From contig JAOAHF010000011.1 of assembly GCA_026415355.1 (NCBI GenBank), forward strand, positions 3,519 to 67,518: a stretch of DNA of 64,000 nucleotides, given 5' to 3'. The notes under the pieces were generated by a model, which worked only from the letters and a program-made list of their open reading frames with translations, was not told where the DNA came from and searched no databases. Both the position numbers and the translations under genes were made by a program. Positions 10,248 through 21,144 of this stretch are shown piece by piece. The DNA is from Brevinematales bacterium (lineage in GTDB: Bacteria; Spirochaetota; Brevinematia; DTOW01). Every line of letters starts with the position of its first letter. Positions within the stretch are counted from its first letter, which is position 1.

Positions 10248-10481
10248 ATGTATGTAAAAGTATATTCCACACCAAGTTGTCCATATTGTAATATGCTCAA
10301 AAATTACCTAAGGTCTAAAGGTATAAGTTTTACAGATTACGATGTATCTAGAGATGAAAACAAGGCTATGGAGATGGTTAGAATATCTGGGCAAATGGGA
10401 GTACCCGTAGTAGTTATAAATGGTAAAGTAATAGTAGGTTTTAACAAACCTCTGATTGATAAATTGCTAAATTTATCATAA
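10248..10481 (+). CDS. Glutaredoxin-like protein (NrdH/YruB family)
   Basis: CPYC active site, GQMGVPV, IVGF; GGAGG SD before ATG 10248. Confidence 0.9.
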   Translation: MYVKVYSTPSCPYCNMLKNYLRSKGISFTDYDVSRDENKAMEMVRISGQMGVPVVVINGKVIVGFNKPLIDKLLNLS

Positions 10482-10489
10482 AAACTTGG

Positions 10490-10509
10490 GGGTAGAAAAT
10501 ATTCTACCC
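10490..10509. terminator. Hairpin between convergent grx and tatD
   Basis: GGGTAGAA-aata-TTCTACCC, 8-bp stem. Confidence 0.5.
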
Positions 10510-11265
10510 TCTTATAAACCTATTCCAATTCTCTAAAATTACTGTCTGGAGTTTATCAATAGGTATTCCTAACAAATTTGATGCAAATTCATAAGTGTAT
10601 TTTATTAGATAGGGATAATTTTTTTGCCCTCTGAATGGTGTTGGTGCCAGAAATGGAGAATCCGTCTCGAAAAACACCATATCAAGTGGAACATACTTGG
10701 CCGAAGACTGTATATCAAGTGCATTTTTGAAAGTCAAGTTACCGGCAAATGATATGTAATATCCTATATCTAGAAACTTCTTTGCTATCTCTGGTGTTCC
10801 AGTAAAACAGTGTATTATACCCCTAACAGAAGGAAACTTCTTGAGTACACTGTATGTATCGTTGTAGGCATCTCTGGAATGTATTATAACAGGTTTTTTG
10901 TATTTCTCAGCTAAAATCATCTGAAGTTCAAAAAGCTTCAATTGATCATCTTTTGGTTTATACATTCTATAATATTCTAGACCAATCTCGCCTATAGCAA
11001 ATATATTGCGAGACTTCAAGACGTTCTCCAAATCCTCTATCATTTTGTCCGTAGGCGTATACTCAGGATACCACCCGCAGGCAACTTTTAAATTTTTTCT
11101 CGACAAGTACTCAAAAATCTCCAAATTTTCCAAAAACTCATCTACAGATGTATAAATGTTTATACCACCAATTACTCCCTTTGATATAGATTCATCTATT
11201 GCATCTCTTTGCTTCTGTAATGTATTTTCTAGCATATTTAGATGAAAGTGGGTATCTACATACAT
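10504..11265 (-). CDS. tatD: TatD-family nuclease
   Basis: DTHFH, AIGEIGLEY, IIHSRDA, IIHCF, ETDSPFLAP. Confidence 0.92.
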   Translation of the reverse strand: MYVDTHFHLNMLENTLQKQRDAIDESISKGVIGGINIYTSVDEFLENLEIFEYLSRKNLKVACGWYPEYTPTDKMIEDLENVLKSRNIFAIGEIGLEYYRMYKPKDDQLKLFELQMILAEKYKKPVIIHSRDAYNDTYSVLKKFPSVRGIIHCFTGTPEIAKKFLDIGYYISFAGNLTFKNALDIQSSAKYVPLDMVFFETDSPFLAPTPFRGQKNYPYLIKYTYEFASNLLGIPIDKLQTVILENWNRFIRG

Positions 11266-11293
11266 TACGCCCTCCTTATAACAGTTTTACAAG

Positions 11294-12991
11294 TTATTCC
11301 AAATTGAATGGTACTTTAGCTTGTTTAACCATACTTATCAATATTTTTTTCCAATCTTTTTCTTCTCCACTTTCTATTTTATCAAGAAGTGATTCCATAT
11401 ATGCCGTAAGTTTTAGATCAACAACTGTTGGAAAGTTTGATTTTAGAAATTCAAAAACAGCAAACCCTAATTCTGTAGGTACTAAAGACTTATTCTGTTT
11501 TATAACGTACTTTCTCTGTAGTAGAGTGGATACAATCATAGCATAAGTTGAGGGTCTTCCTATACCTTCCTCTTCTAGTTTTTTTATTAAAGTTGCTTCA
11601 GTATATCTAGGTGGAGGTTGTGTTTTTTTTCTCAAACCTTTTAACTGAATAACATTTAATACCTCCCCTTCCTCAAGTTGCGGAAAAAAAACATCTTCTG
11701 GTACACTGTGCGGATAGAAGTTCATAAAATTCTTTTTAACAATACTTTTTGAAACACCAAAGAAGTTGTATCTACCTTCACTCGATAATATCTCAAAAAC
11801 AGAAACAACAGCATCCATAAGTTGACTTGCTAAAAATCTTCTCCAGATAAGATCATAGAGTTTATAATGGTCCTCTGGTATCTTACCCTTTACTGATGCA
11901 GGAACCCTATAAACATCTGTTGGTCTTATACACTCATGAGCTGATTGCCAATTTACAGACTCATAAATTCTTGGTCTAGGCGGTAAATATTCTTCACCTA
12001 TTCTTTCTCTTACAAATTTTCTAGTTTGTTCTAAAGCATATTCAGATATTTTAACTGAATCAGTTCTCATATATGTTATAAGTCCTACATATTCTCCATC
12101 TACATTCATTCCTTCATACAAATCCTGTGCTATCTTCATCGTTTTAGAAGGTGTAAAACCTAATTTTGCTGAAGCATCCTGTTGTAGAGTACTAGTCTTA
12201 AAAGGCGGTAAAGGTTTTATAATGTCATTGTATCTCTTCATTGACATAATCACAAGTCTATCTTTCTTAAAACTACTTTTTATCTCTTCAAACTTTTCAT
12301 CATCTATTCGATTTGACGTCGAAAATCTTATTTCTTTACCATCATTTAATTCACTGATGAGCTTAAGTTGGAATATTTTGTTTTCTTTTTGGCACTCAAC
12401 AATTACTTCATAGTAATTGATAGGCACGAAATTTCTTATTTCAATTTCCCTTTCACAAACAATTCTAAGAGCAGGTGATTGAACCCTACCTGCAGAAAAG
12501 GATGAACCGCTGAAATTCTTCCTAAGATGCTTATAAAGTATAGGAGATATAACGTAACCAACTATTCTATCTAGCAATCTTCTTGCTTTTTGAGCATTTA
12601 CTAGGTTCATATCGATATCTCTAGGCATCTTGATTGAATTAAGTATTGAATCTTTCGTAACTTCCGTAAACTCTACTCTCTTTATGTTTCCATTATATTT
12701 AGATAGTACTTCTTTCATATGAAATGATATCATCTCTCCTTCTCTGTCTTTATCAGACGCCAATAAAACCAAATCACAGTTTCTTGCAATTTTTATTATG
12801 TTACCTACTATCTTTTTCTTACCTGGTAGGAAAACATATTTTGGCTCCAGCTTTGCAGGATCAATTCCCATTTCTTCTTTAGGAAGGTCCTTTATATGTC
12901 CCATCGTTGCAACTACTGTATAATCCCTACCAAGGTATGACTTTATAGTCTTTGCTTTTGAAGGAGATTCAACTATGAAAAGTCTCATCAA
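11294..12991 (-). CDS. topA: DNA topoisomerase I (type IA), core only, no C-terminal Zn ribbons
   Basis: IVESPSKAKTI, DKDREGE, SAGRVQS, ITYMRTDS (catalytic Tyr), GIGRPSTYA. Confidence 0.95.
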   Translation of the reverse strand: MMRLFIVESPSKAKTIKSYLGRDYTVVATMGHIKDLPKEEMGIDPAKLEPKYVFLPGKKKIVGNIIKIARNCDLVLLASDKDREGEMISFHMKEVLSKYNGNIKRVEFTEVTKDSILNSIKMPRDIDMNLVNAQKARRLLDRIVGYVISPILYKHLRKNFSGSSFSAGRVQSPALRIVCEREIEIRNFVPINYYEVIVECQKENKIFQLKLISELNDGKEIRFSTSNRIDDEKFEEIKSSFKKDRLVIMSMKRYNDIIKPLPPFKTSTLQQDASAKLGFTPSKTMKIAQDLYEGMNVDGEYVGLITYMRTDSVKISEYALEQTRKFVRERIGEEYLPPRPRIYESVNWQSAHECIRPTDVYRVPASVKGKIPEDHYKLYDLIWRRFLASQLMDAVVSVFEILSSEGRYNFFGVSKSIVKKNFMNFYPHSVPEDVFFPQLEEGEVLNVIQLKGLRKKTQPPPRYTEATLIKKLEEEGIGRPSTYAMIVSTLLQRKYVIKQNKSLVPTELGFAVFEFLKSNFPTVVDLKLTAYMESLLDKIESGEEKDWKKILISMVKQAKVPFNLE

Positions 12992-12999
12992 AAACTATT

Positions 13000-14598
13000 T
13001 TAAAGAGTTATTCTCTTAACTTCAATTATATCAGGATGCGATGATATTTTTTCAATTACTTCTTTCGGTGGATCAGAATCGAGAGTTATTATAGTAAGAG
13101 CCTTATCACCTCGCTTTGCTCTAGTAACTTTCATTTCACCTATATTAACTCCCGCATCCCCAAGTACCATTCCAAGGAAACCTATAACACCGGGTTTGTC
13201 ATAGTTTTTGAGTATAATCATATTTTCAGTGGGGTTCAACTCTAGATAGTAGTTGTCAATTCTAACAATTTTAGCATCATTATTTGGATAGACAGTATAC
13301 CATATCTCTATTTTTTTGGTCTTACCTACAAGATTAACTTTTATAAGGTTAGAAAAAACTGAAAATGACTCATCTTCTTTTGTTTCAAGTAATTTTATAC
13401 CATTCGATTCGAGATACAGTAAAGAATTTACAAAATTAACAGTATCATCACCTACAATTTTCTCCATAAATCCTTTTGCAACAGCTCTAGTTACTATCTG
13501 AACAGGATCTTCAACAATATGCCCTGAATAAGAAACTACTAATTGTAGTACTCCACCATCAGATAACTGAGATATTATTTTACCTACAGTTTCACCCATA
13601 TCAATGAATGCTTTAAGTTCCTTGTACTTCTGTAGACTTATAGATGGCATATTAACAGCATTTATTATAACTTCATCTTTGAAAAACTTAACAATAGATT
13701 CTGCTATTTCGATGGATACATTTTCTTGAGCTTCCTCAGTTGAAGCACCTAAATGTGGAACAACTATACAATTCTTTGCCCCGATTAAAGGATTGTTTAC
13801 TGGCGGCTCAACGGAATAAACATCAATTGCAGCACCGGCAATTCTACCAGAATTTAAAGCATCTGCTAAATCTTGTTCATTTATTATACCACCTCTAGCA
13901 CAGTTTATTATTCTAACTGATGGTTTCATCATCTCTATCTCTTTCTTAGTAACCATATTTCTAGTTTGGTCTGATAAAGGCACATGGAATGTTATAAAAT
14001 CTGACTCCCTATATATCTCTTCAAGGGAAGTAAGTTTAATACCAAGTTGTAAAGCTCTTTCCTCAGTCACAAAAGGATCATAAGCCAAAACCTCCATCCC
14101 TAAAGCTAAACATCGTTTAGCAACTTCTGTTCCAATTTTACCCAATCCTATTATACCTATTTTTTTTCTATAAAGTTCAACTCCCCTAAAAGACTTCCTA
14201 TCCCAACCACCGTTAACTGTCGATATATGAGCAAAGGGTATTTTTCTAGCAATTGAAAACAGCATAGCAATAGTATGTTCTGCAGTTGATATAACATTAC
14301 CAGTAGGAGAATTCATAACTATGATACCCTTTTGAGTAGCATAGTTAACATCAATAGTATCGAGACCAACACCTGCCCTAGCAATTATTTTTAATTTCTT
14401 ACCAGCATCTATAACTTCTCTATCAACTTTAGTAGAACTCCTCACTATAAGGACATCATATTCAGGTATTTTAGAAATCAGCTCTTCTTTTGAAGTTTTT
14501 TCGTTTACTGTAACTACTATATTTTCATAGTATGACAAAATGTCAAGCCCTGCCTTTGAAAAACCATCTGCACACAAAACCTTTACTTTACCTGCCAT
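13000..14598 (-). CDS. serA: D-3-phosphoglycerate dehydrogenase (ASB+ACT type)
   Basis: RAGVGLDTID, GIIGLGKIG, INCARGG, PHLGASTEEAQ, C-terminal DKPGVIG ACT domain. Confidence 0.95.
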   Translation of the reverse strand: MAGKVKVLCADGFSKAGLDILSYYENIVVTVNEKTSKEELISKIPEYDVLIVRSSTKVDREVIDAGKKLKIIARAGVGLDTIDVNYATQKGIIVMNSPTGNVISTAEHTIAMLFSIARKIPFAHISTVNGGWDRKSFRGVELYRKKIGIIGLGKIGTEVAKRCLALGMEVLAYDPFVTEERALQLGIKLTSLEEIYRESDFITFHVPLSDQTRNMVTKKEIEMMKPSVRIINCARGGIINEQDLADALNSGRIAGAAIDVYSVEPPVNNPLIGAKNCIVVPHLGASTEEAQENVSIEIAESIVKFFKDEVIINAVNMPSISLQKYKELKAFIDMGETVGKIISQLSDGGVLQLVVSYSGHIVEDPVQIVTRAVAKGFMEKIVGDDTVNFVNSLLYLESNGIKLLETKEDESFSVFSNLIKVNLVGKTKKIEIWYTVYPNNDAKIVRIDNYYLELNPTENMIILKNYDKPGVIGFLGMVLGDAGVNIGEMKVTRAKRGDKALTIITLDSDPPKEVIEKISSHPDIIEVKRITL

Positions 14599-14855
14599 AA
14601 CCTCTCTCCTACAATTTTCATTGTTTAGGTTAAATGTAAAATGAAGTTTTTTTCAACTAACCTAACTTCACAAAATAAAACTTGCCTACCAAAATAGAAA
14701 CATAATTACCAAAACAACCAAAAAACAATAAACTATCTGAAAAAAGCCAAGTCTTTAGGATTAACTAACATTTTAAAGCATCAAGATCATTACGGAAACA
14801 TAGAGACTACCATTCAAAAAATTATCAGAAAATAACATAAAATAAAAGTTACCAT

Positions 14856-14886
14856 AAAAAGCCCCAGCAACTGTTAATGCTGGGGT
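14856..14886 (-). terminator. Intrinsic terminator after sugar ABC ATPase gene
   Basis: On minus strand: CCCCAGCA-loop-TGCTGGGG followed by CTTTTT. Confidence 0.75.
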
Positions 14887-14903
14887 AGAAATCAATGCAA
14901 AAA

Positions 14904-16007
14904 TTAATTCAAGACATATTCTGTTTCAGAATCAAAGAGTATAAGTTTCTCAAGATCAACTACAACTTCTCTTCTTTCTCCTAACTTTACATGTATAAAT
15001 GGATCAAATCTTGCTATGAATGGATGTTTCTCAGTAGCAAAATACACGTATTGTTCAGCTCCAAGTATTTCAGTTATTTCAACATTTGCTGATATAACAT
15101 TTTCGTTAACACTTCCTGTATAACTACCTCTGTCGTAAATAAACTCAGGCCTTATACCCATAATTACCTTTCTACCAACATAATCTCCTATACTCTTATA
15201 CTTACCTTTTGGTAGCAATATTCTAAACGATCCTTCATCTATATAGTAATTATCACCTGACTGCTCAACTGTAACCTCCATAAAGTTCATTGGAGGACTA
15301 CCTATGAAACCCGCAACAAACTTGTTGTTTGGTGAGGAATAAACTTCTAGAGGAGTACCTACTTGCTGTATTTTACCGTCCTTCATAACCACTATTCTAG
15401 TACCCAAAGTCATTGCTTCAACTTGATCGTGAGTAACATAAACTGTTGTTACTCCAAGCCTTGCGTGAAGTTTACTTATCTCAGCCCTCATCTGAACCCT
15501 AAGTTTAGCATCAAGGTTCGAAAGAGGTTCATCAAATAAGAACACCTTAGGTTTTCTAACTATAGCTCTACCCAATGCTACTCTTTGTCTTTGTCCACCA
15601 GAAAGTTGTTTTGGTTTTCTGTCAAGTAATGCTTGAAGTCCTAGTATCTCTGCTGCTTCTTTAACTCTTTTGTCAATTTCTTCCTGAGGGACCTTTCTTA
15701 ACTTAAGACCAAATGCCATGTTTTTGTAAACTGTCATGTGTGGATACAAAGCATAATTTTGAAACACCATAGCAATATCTCTATCTTTAGGTGGAATATT
15801 ATTCACAAGGACATTATCAATCCACAACTCTCCTTCTGATATATCTTCAAGACCTGCTATCATTCTCAGGGTAGTAGTTTTACCGCAACCGGAAGGTCCT
15901 ACAATTACTACAAATTCTCCATCCCCTATTTCAAGATTAAAATCATCAACTGCTCTATAGCCATTATCATATACTTTTGAAACATGCTTAAGGATAACCT
16001 TAGCCAT
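14904..16007 (-). CDS. Sugar ABC transporter ATP-binding protein (MalK/MsmX/UgpC family)
   Basis: [51 protein letters not shown]-type tail. Confidence 0.95.
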   Translation of the reverse strand: MAKVILKHVSKVYDNGYRAVDDFNLEIGDGEFVVIVGPSGCGKTTTLRMIAGLEDISEGELWIDNVLVNNIPPKDRDIAMVFQNYALYPHMTVYKNMAFGLKLRKVPQEEIDKRVKEAAEILGLQALLDRKPKQLSGGQRQRVALGRAIVRKPKVFLFDEPLSNLDAKLRVQMRAEISKLHARLGVTTVYVTHDQVEAMTLGTRIVVMKDGKIQQVGTPLEVYSSPNNKFVAGFIGSPPMNFMEVTVEQSGDNYYIDEGSFRILLPKGKYKSIGDYVGRKVIMGIRPEFIYDRGSYTGSVNENVISANVEITEILGAEQYVYFATEKHPFIARFDPFIHVKLGERREVVVDLEKLILFDSETEYVLN

Positions 16008-16025
16008 ACTATACCCTCCTATTAT

Positions 16026-16823
16026 TTATCCTCTATTGTAAAAGATAGAAATCAATTTGTAAAGAATATTTTTAAGATCTCTTCTATGAGACACTATATC
16101 AACAAATCCATGCTCTTTCACGAATTCTGCTCTTTGAAACCCTTCAGGCAGTTTTTCCTTTATGGTTTGTTCTATAACTCTAGGCCCAGCAAATCCAATA
16201 AGTGCTTTAGGTTCAGAAATTATAATATCCCCTAACATAGCAAAACTTGCTGTTACTCCACCTGTTGTAGGATCTGTAAGAACAGAAATATAAAAACCTC
16301 CTTTTTCTTTATACTCCCTAATCGCTGATGATGTTTTGGCCATCTGCATAAGAGAAAGTATTCCTTCATGCATCCTAGCACCACCGGATGCAGATACTAT
16401 TACCAAGGGTAATTTTTGCTTCGTAGCATACTCTACAGCCCTAGTTATTTTTTCACCTACTACACTACCCATACTACCACCTAAAAATTCAAAATCCATC
16501 ACAGCAATTTCAGTTTTGATACCATATATCTCGCAGTAACCTGTTATAACTGCTTCATTCAAATTCTTTTCTTCCATAGTCTTCCTTAACTTATCTCTAT
16601 ACTTTTCCTTACCATCAAAGAAATCAAGAGGATCAGAAGAAATAATATCCTCAAACTGTTCCTTAAAACTATCCTTATCACACAGTATTTCTATTCTCCT
16701 TCTAGCACCTATTCTAAAATGATAATCACAGCTTATACAAACATTCAGATTTTCCTCAAAATCCGATTTATACATCATTGCCCCACACTCGGGACACTTT
16801 ATCCACAAATTCTTCTCTTCCAT
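16026..16823 (-). CDS. accD: Acetyl-CoA carboxylase carboxyltransferase beta subunit
   Basis: WIKCPEC Zn finger, GGSMGSVVGEK, GGARMHEG, DPTTGGVTASFA, GFAGPRVI. Confidence 0.96.
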   Translation of the reverse strand: MEEKNLWIKCPECGAMMYKSDFEENLNVCISCDYHFRIGARRRIEILCDKDSFKEQFEDIISSDPLDFFDGKEKYRDKLRKTMEEKNLNEAVITGYCEIYGIKTEIAVMDFEFLGGSMGSVVGEKITRAVEYATKQKLPLVIVSASGGARMHEGILSLMQMAKTSSAIREYKEKGGFYISVLTDPTTGGVTASFAMLGDIIISEPKALIGFAGPRVIEQTIKEKLPEGFQRAEFVKEHGFVDIVSHRRDLKNILYKLISIFYNRG

Positions 16824-17043
16824 ACGTTATGATTATCAATTACCAAAAAACTTATTTTCAAATACTAATCCCCAAAATTCTAATTCTCATTGTGTTTCAT
16901 CAATACTAACTAACCCACTAAAATCATATAATCCCTCGTAAAAATTATCAACTCATTTAGTCTTTTAATTTGAAAAACAAAGTACCAATACAAATAAAAT
17001 TTGATACAACTAGAAAGTTAAACAACTCAGAGAGGAAAGGAAA

Positions 17044-18240
17044 ATGAAAATATCAATAATAGAAGGTAAAATATCGGTACCAGATGATGTTGATATACCT
17101 TATATAGAAGGAGATGGCGTTGGATCTGATATATTTAGAGCATCAATACCTGTATGGAATGAAGCAGTAAAAAAAGTATATAATGGTAAAAGAAAGGTAA
17201 ACTGGATAGAAGTAGTAGCTGGTGAAAAAGCATACCAAAAGTATGGTGAATATCTACCAAAAGAGACTCTCAATACTCTTAAAGAATACGTAATTTCAAT
17301 AAAAGGACCTTTAACAACACCTATAGGTGGTGGACATAGATCACTAAACGTAACAATCAGACAAGAGTTAGATCTATTCGCAGTAGTTAGACCCATTAGA
17401 TATTTTGAAGGGCTCGAAACACCTGTTAAACATCCAGAAAGAGTTAATATGGTAATATTTAGAGAAGCAACAGAAGATCTCTATGCAGGAATAGAGTGGA
17501 ACAAAGATTCAGAAGAAGCCAAAAAGATTAAAGAGTTTCTCAAGAAGGAGTTCGGAATTACAATCAGAGATGATGCTGGAATAGGAATAAAACCCATATC
17601 TGAATTCGGAACCAAAAGACTTATGAGATCCGCAATCGAATACGCTCTAAAGAATAAAATGGACAAAATAACAATAATGCACAAGGGAAATATAATGAAA
17701 TATACAGAAGGCGCTTTTAGAGAATGGTGTTATGAAGTAGCCAAAAATGAATATAGCAACTATACTATAACTGAAGATGATATAATAAAGGGAGTAGAAA
17801 AAGAAAACAAAATAGTCATAAACGACATAATTGCTGACAATATGTTCCAACAGGTTTTAACAAAACCTGAACACTACAAGTTAATTGTAGCACCTAATAT
17901 AAATGGAGATTATATTTCAGATGCACTCGCAGCACAAGTAGGTGGACTAGGTATGGCACCTGGCGGCAATATCGGAAACCCTTATGCTGTTTTTGAACCA
18001 ACACATGGATCTGCTCCCAAATACGCAGGACAAGATAAAGTTAACCCTTCATCACTAATACTCTCTGGATGTCTTATGTTTGAATACATGGGATGGAAAG
18101 AAGTATCAGATACCATAATAAACGCCATAAAAAAGGTCATACAAAATAAAACGGTTACCTATGACTTAGCCAGAGAAATAAAAGATGCTAAAGAAGTCAA
18201 ATGCTCAGAGTTTGGGGAACTAATAATAAAAAATCTCTAA
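17044..18240 (+). CDS. icd: Isocitrate dehydrogenase (NADP-type)
   Basis: IEGDGVG, KGPLTTPIGGGHRSLNV, HKGNIMK, NGDYISD, HGSAPKYAG (KY suggests NADP). Confidence 0.95.
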   Translation: MKISIIEGKISVPDDVDIPYIEGDGVGSDIFRASIPVWNEAVKKVYNGKRKVNWIEVVAGEKAYQKYGEYLPKETLNTLKEYVISIKGPLTTPIGGGHRSLNVTIRQELDLFAVVRPIRYFEGLETPVKHPERVNMVIFREATEDLYAGIEWNKDSEEAKKIKEFLKKEFGITIRDDAGIGIKPISEFGTKRLMRSAIEYALKNKMDKITIMHKGNIMKYTEGAFREWCYEVAKNEYSNYTITEDDIIKGVEKENKIVINDIIADNMFQQVLTKPEHYKLIVAPNINGDYISDALAAQVGGLGMAPGGNIGNPYAVFEPTHGSAPKYAGQDKVNPSSLILSGCLMFEYMGWKEVSDTIINAIKKVIQNKTVTYDLAREIKDAKEVKCSEFGELIIKNL

Positions 18241-18461
18241 TCCTTTAAGCTAAAAATTGCCTAATCTCTCTCAAAATAAATCCATCTTAAACTCTTAAGT
18301 TCTGCACTATAGCAATATAAAAAGCAAATCAATCTATAACTTTTCTATCACGACAACAAAGTACAAGACAAAATTATATACCTAAGAAAAACTTCAAAAA
18401 TAAGACATTGAAAAACTAGTCTTGCATAAAACATAATAGAGACATACAGAAGGAGGTATAT

Positions 18462-19802
18462 ATGGATGCACTAACACTATCAAGATGGCAATTCGCAGTA
18501 ACAGGTTCTATGCACTTCATATTTCCATCATTTACTATAGGATTATCTCTACTGATATTCATATTCTTTTTGATTTACATGATAAAAAAAGATGATCTTT
18601 ACAGAAGAATTGGGAATTTTCTTGTAAAAATATTTGCTGTAGGTTTTGCTGTCGGAGTTGCTACTGGAATTGTAATGGAATTACAGTTTGGTGCTAATTG
18701 GTCTGTATTTGCAGAAAAATCAGGTAGTATATTTGGAGGACCATTAGCTATGGAAGCAATATTTGCTTTTTTCTTAGAATCTACATTTCTCTCCATATTA
18801 GTATTCGGCGAGAAGAAAATATCACCTTCTGTTAGGACATTATCATCATTTCTAGTATTTATAGGTACCCTAATATCAGCTTTCTGGATAATGACAGCAA
18901 ACAACTGGATGCAGATTCCTACAGGCTATAAAATAGAAAATGGTAAAATAATACTAACGGATTTCTGGGCTATATCATTCAACACTCCAAACTTCATAAG
19001 ATTCGCACATACAGTATTGTCAACATTTATAACAGGTTCACTTCTAGTTATGGCAATTAGTGCTTACAAGATTCTTAAAGGTATTCAAAAGGAAGCTTTC
19101 TCAAAATCATTTAAAGTCTCGATGATTGTATTCACAATTTCAGCTATTACACAAATATTATTTGGCACCTTAAGTGGAGAATACGTTGCAAAACACCAAC
19201 CTCTTAAACTAGCAATTATGGAAGCACAATGGGAAACACAAAGATTTGCCACTGAACCTATCATTGCTGCAATCGATCAAGAAAACATGACAAATGTGTT
19301 TGTTTTAGGAATACCGGGGCTACTATCATTTTTAGCATATAGAGACGTAAACGCAGAGGTAAAAGGAATAAAAGACTTAATAGTTGAATATAAACTACAC
19401 AAATCAGAACTACCTAACATACCTTTAGTGTTTTGGAGTTTTAGAATAATGGTTGGATTAGGATTCTTATTTGCTATTGTAGGAATATTATCAGTACTAC
19501 TATATTACTCAAATAGACTAGAAAACGTTAGATGGTTTTTAAGACTTCTACCGTTTATGATACCTTTACCAATAATCTCAAGTTGGACTGGATGGATAGT
19601 AGCAGAAGTTGGTAGACAACCTTGGACAATATACGGAATACTTAAAACTAGAGAAGCAGTTTCACCAATAACAACTCCAGAAGTAGCTTTTACACTATTC
19701 ACATTTGTTGGTATTTACCTAGTTTTACTAGCGTTGTGGATATTTATTACAGTAAAAATAGTAAAGAAAGGTATAGAGGAGGTACACTATGGGGCTCATT
19801 GA
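18462..19802 (+). CDS. cydA: Cytochrome bd ubiquinol oxidase subunit I
   Basis: SRWQFA..MHFIF, FFLESTF, HQPLKLAIME, EVGRQPW. Confidence 0.96.
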   Translation: MDALTLSRWQFAVTGSMHFIFPSFTIGLSLLIFIFFLIYMIKKDDLYRRIGNFLVKIFAVGFAVGVATGIVMELQFGANWSVFAEKSGSIFGGPLAMEAIFAFFLESTFLSILVFGEKKISPSVRTLSSFLVFIGTLISAFWIMTANNWMQIPTGYKIENGKIILTDFWAISFNTPNFIRFAHTVLSTFITGSLLVMAISAYKILKGIQKEAFSKSFKVSMIVFTISAITQILFGTLSGEYVAKHQPLKLAIMEAQWETQRFATEPIIAAIDQENMTNVFVLGIPGLLSFLAYRDVNAEVKGIKDLIVEYKLHKSELPNIPLVFWSFRIMVGLGFLFAIVGILSVLLYYSNRLENVRWFLRLLPFMIPLPIISSWTGWIVAEVGRQPWTIYGILKTREAVSPITTPEVAFTLFTFVGIYLVLLALWIFITVKIVKKGIEEVHYGAH

Positions 19803-20805
19803 GATTTGGTTTTTTGTCCTTGGTATATTTTTAATAGTATATGTAATACTTGATGGATTTGATCTAGGTGGAGCAATAGCTTCTTTATTTTTGTCAAAAA
19901 ATGATAATGAAAGAAGAATAATACTTAATGCAATAGGTAGAGTATGGGATGGAAATGAAGTGTGGCTATTATCATTCGGTGTATTTCTATTTGGCATGTT
20001 TCCTATGGCTTACGCAAGATTTTTTAGTGCCGCATACATACCTGTCATGTTACTAGCTTTTTCCCTCATACTTAGAGCAGTTGCATTCGAGTTCAGAAGT
20101 CAAGTTGAATCGAATATATGGAGAAAAACTTGGGATTGGATACTAGGCATATCCAGCACCCTAATAGCAGTAATATTATCAGTAGCAGGAGCAAACATAC
20201 TAAAGGGTGTTAGTATGACAGAGGAGCCATTCAGACTACATTTATTCGACGCACTAAATCCATTTGCTTTGCTAAGTGCCATAACAACACTATCTTTTCT
20301 AATACTTCATTCTCTAGCATATCTATCAAATAAAACAGAAGGAGAACTATACAATAAGGTTATAAAACTATCCAAAGTATTCTGGATTTCCTCTTTAGTA
20401 CTACTACTGGTATGGATAGTGTTTAGCTCAATTTTTGAAAAACAAGTTTTTTACAACTTTATTAAATATCCTCTATTCACAATAGCACCAATTATAGTAG
20501 TACTAAGCTTCTTACTAGTAATGTTTTTCATAAACAAAGGGAGTACAAAGAAAATATTCATATTCTCATCCGCCACACTAGCTAGTATTATACTTTCCTT
20601 TGGCTTCGCAATGTATCCAAACTTAATCAAATCCTCAATTGACGAAAAATACAATATAACTATATATAAAGCAGCTTCAGGTGAACTAACCCTTACAATA
20701 GGTTTAGTTATAGCACTAATAGGCATTGCACTTGTCGCACTTTATCAATCTTATGTTTACAAAGTTTTTGCTGGGAAAATAAAAATCGAAGATATACACT
20801 ATTAA
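19789..20805 (+). CDS. cydB: Cytochrome bd ubiquinol oxidase subunit II
   Basis: LDGFDLG, WDGNEVW, RAVAFEFR; overlaps cydA. Confidence 0.96.
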   Translation: MGLIEIWFFVLGIFLIVYVILDGFDLGGAIASLFLSKNDNERRIILNAIGRVWDGNEVWLLSFGVFLFGMFPMAYARFFSAAYIPVMLLAFSLILRAVAFEFRSQVESNIWRKTWDWILGISSTLIAVILSVAGANILKGVSMTEEPFRLHLFDALNPFALLSAITTLSFLILHSLAYLSNKTEGELYNKVIKLSKVFWISSLVLLLVWIVFSSIFEKQVFYNFIKYPLFTIAPIIVVLSFLLVMFFINKGSTKKIFIFSSATLASIILSFGFAMYPNLIKSSIDEKYNITIYKAASGELTLTIGLVIALIGIALVALYQSYVYKVFAGKIKIEDIHY

Positions 20806-20816
20806 GGTTACAAAAG

Positions 20817-20836
20817 GGGATAGAAATAAATCCCCC
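20817..20836 (+). terminator. Possible terminator hairpin after cydB
   Basis: GGGGAT-loop-ATCCCC; weak T tract. Confidence 0.4.
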
Positions 20837-21102
20837 CGTACCTCATAAAACATAAACATCCAAGTTTACTAACAAAAATCACTTAAAAACCATTAATAAA
20901 ACTCAGTATGTATCAGTAATGTATCAGTATCACAACTAAGAAACAACTATCCCAACTAAAAGAACACACTTCATCAAGAACATTTCATCCAACAATTAGT
21001 ACTCTGTTTCTACCGAAGCTGAGAAAACCTAATCAGCAAATACAAAAACACTTGAAGTTAAATAGAAGCAAAATTACATTTGAAATGAATCCAAAAAAGG
21101 AA

Positions 21103-21134
21103 CAAAAAACTAGGGGTTGAGTATGCCAACCCCT
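21103..21134 (-). terminator. Intrinsic terminator of flaA
   Basis: GGGGTTG/CAACCCC stem followed on the minus strand by a T-rich tail. Confidence 0.7.
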
Positions 21135-21144
21135 TACTACAGTA

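Noticed and set aside
10487-20830. Recurring GGGG(A)TAGAAA next to three hairpins (about 10488, 14882, 20817)
   Set aside because: Too short, with different stems; not enough for a REP-like repeat family
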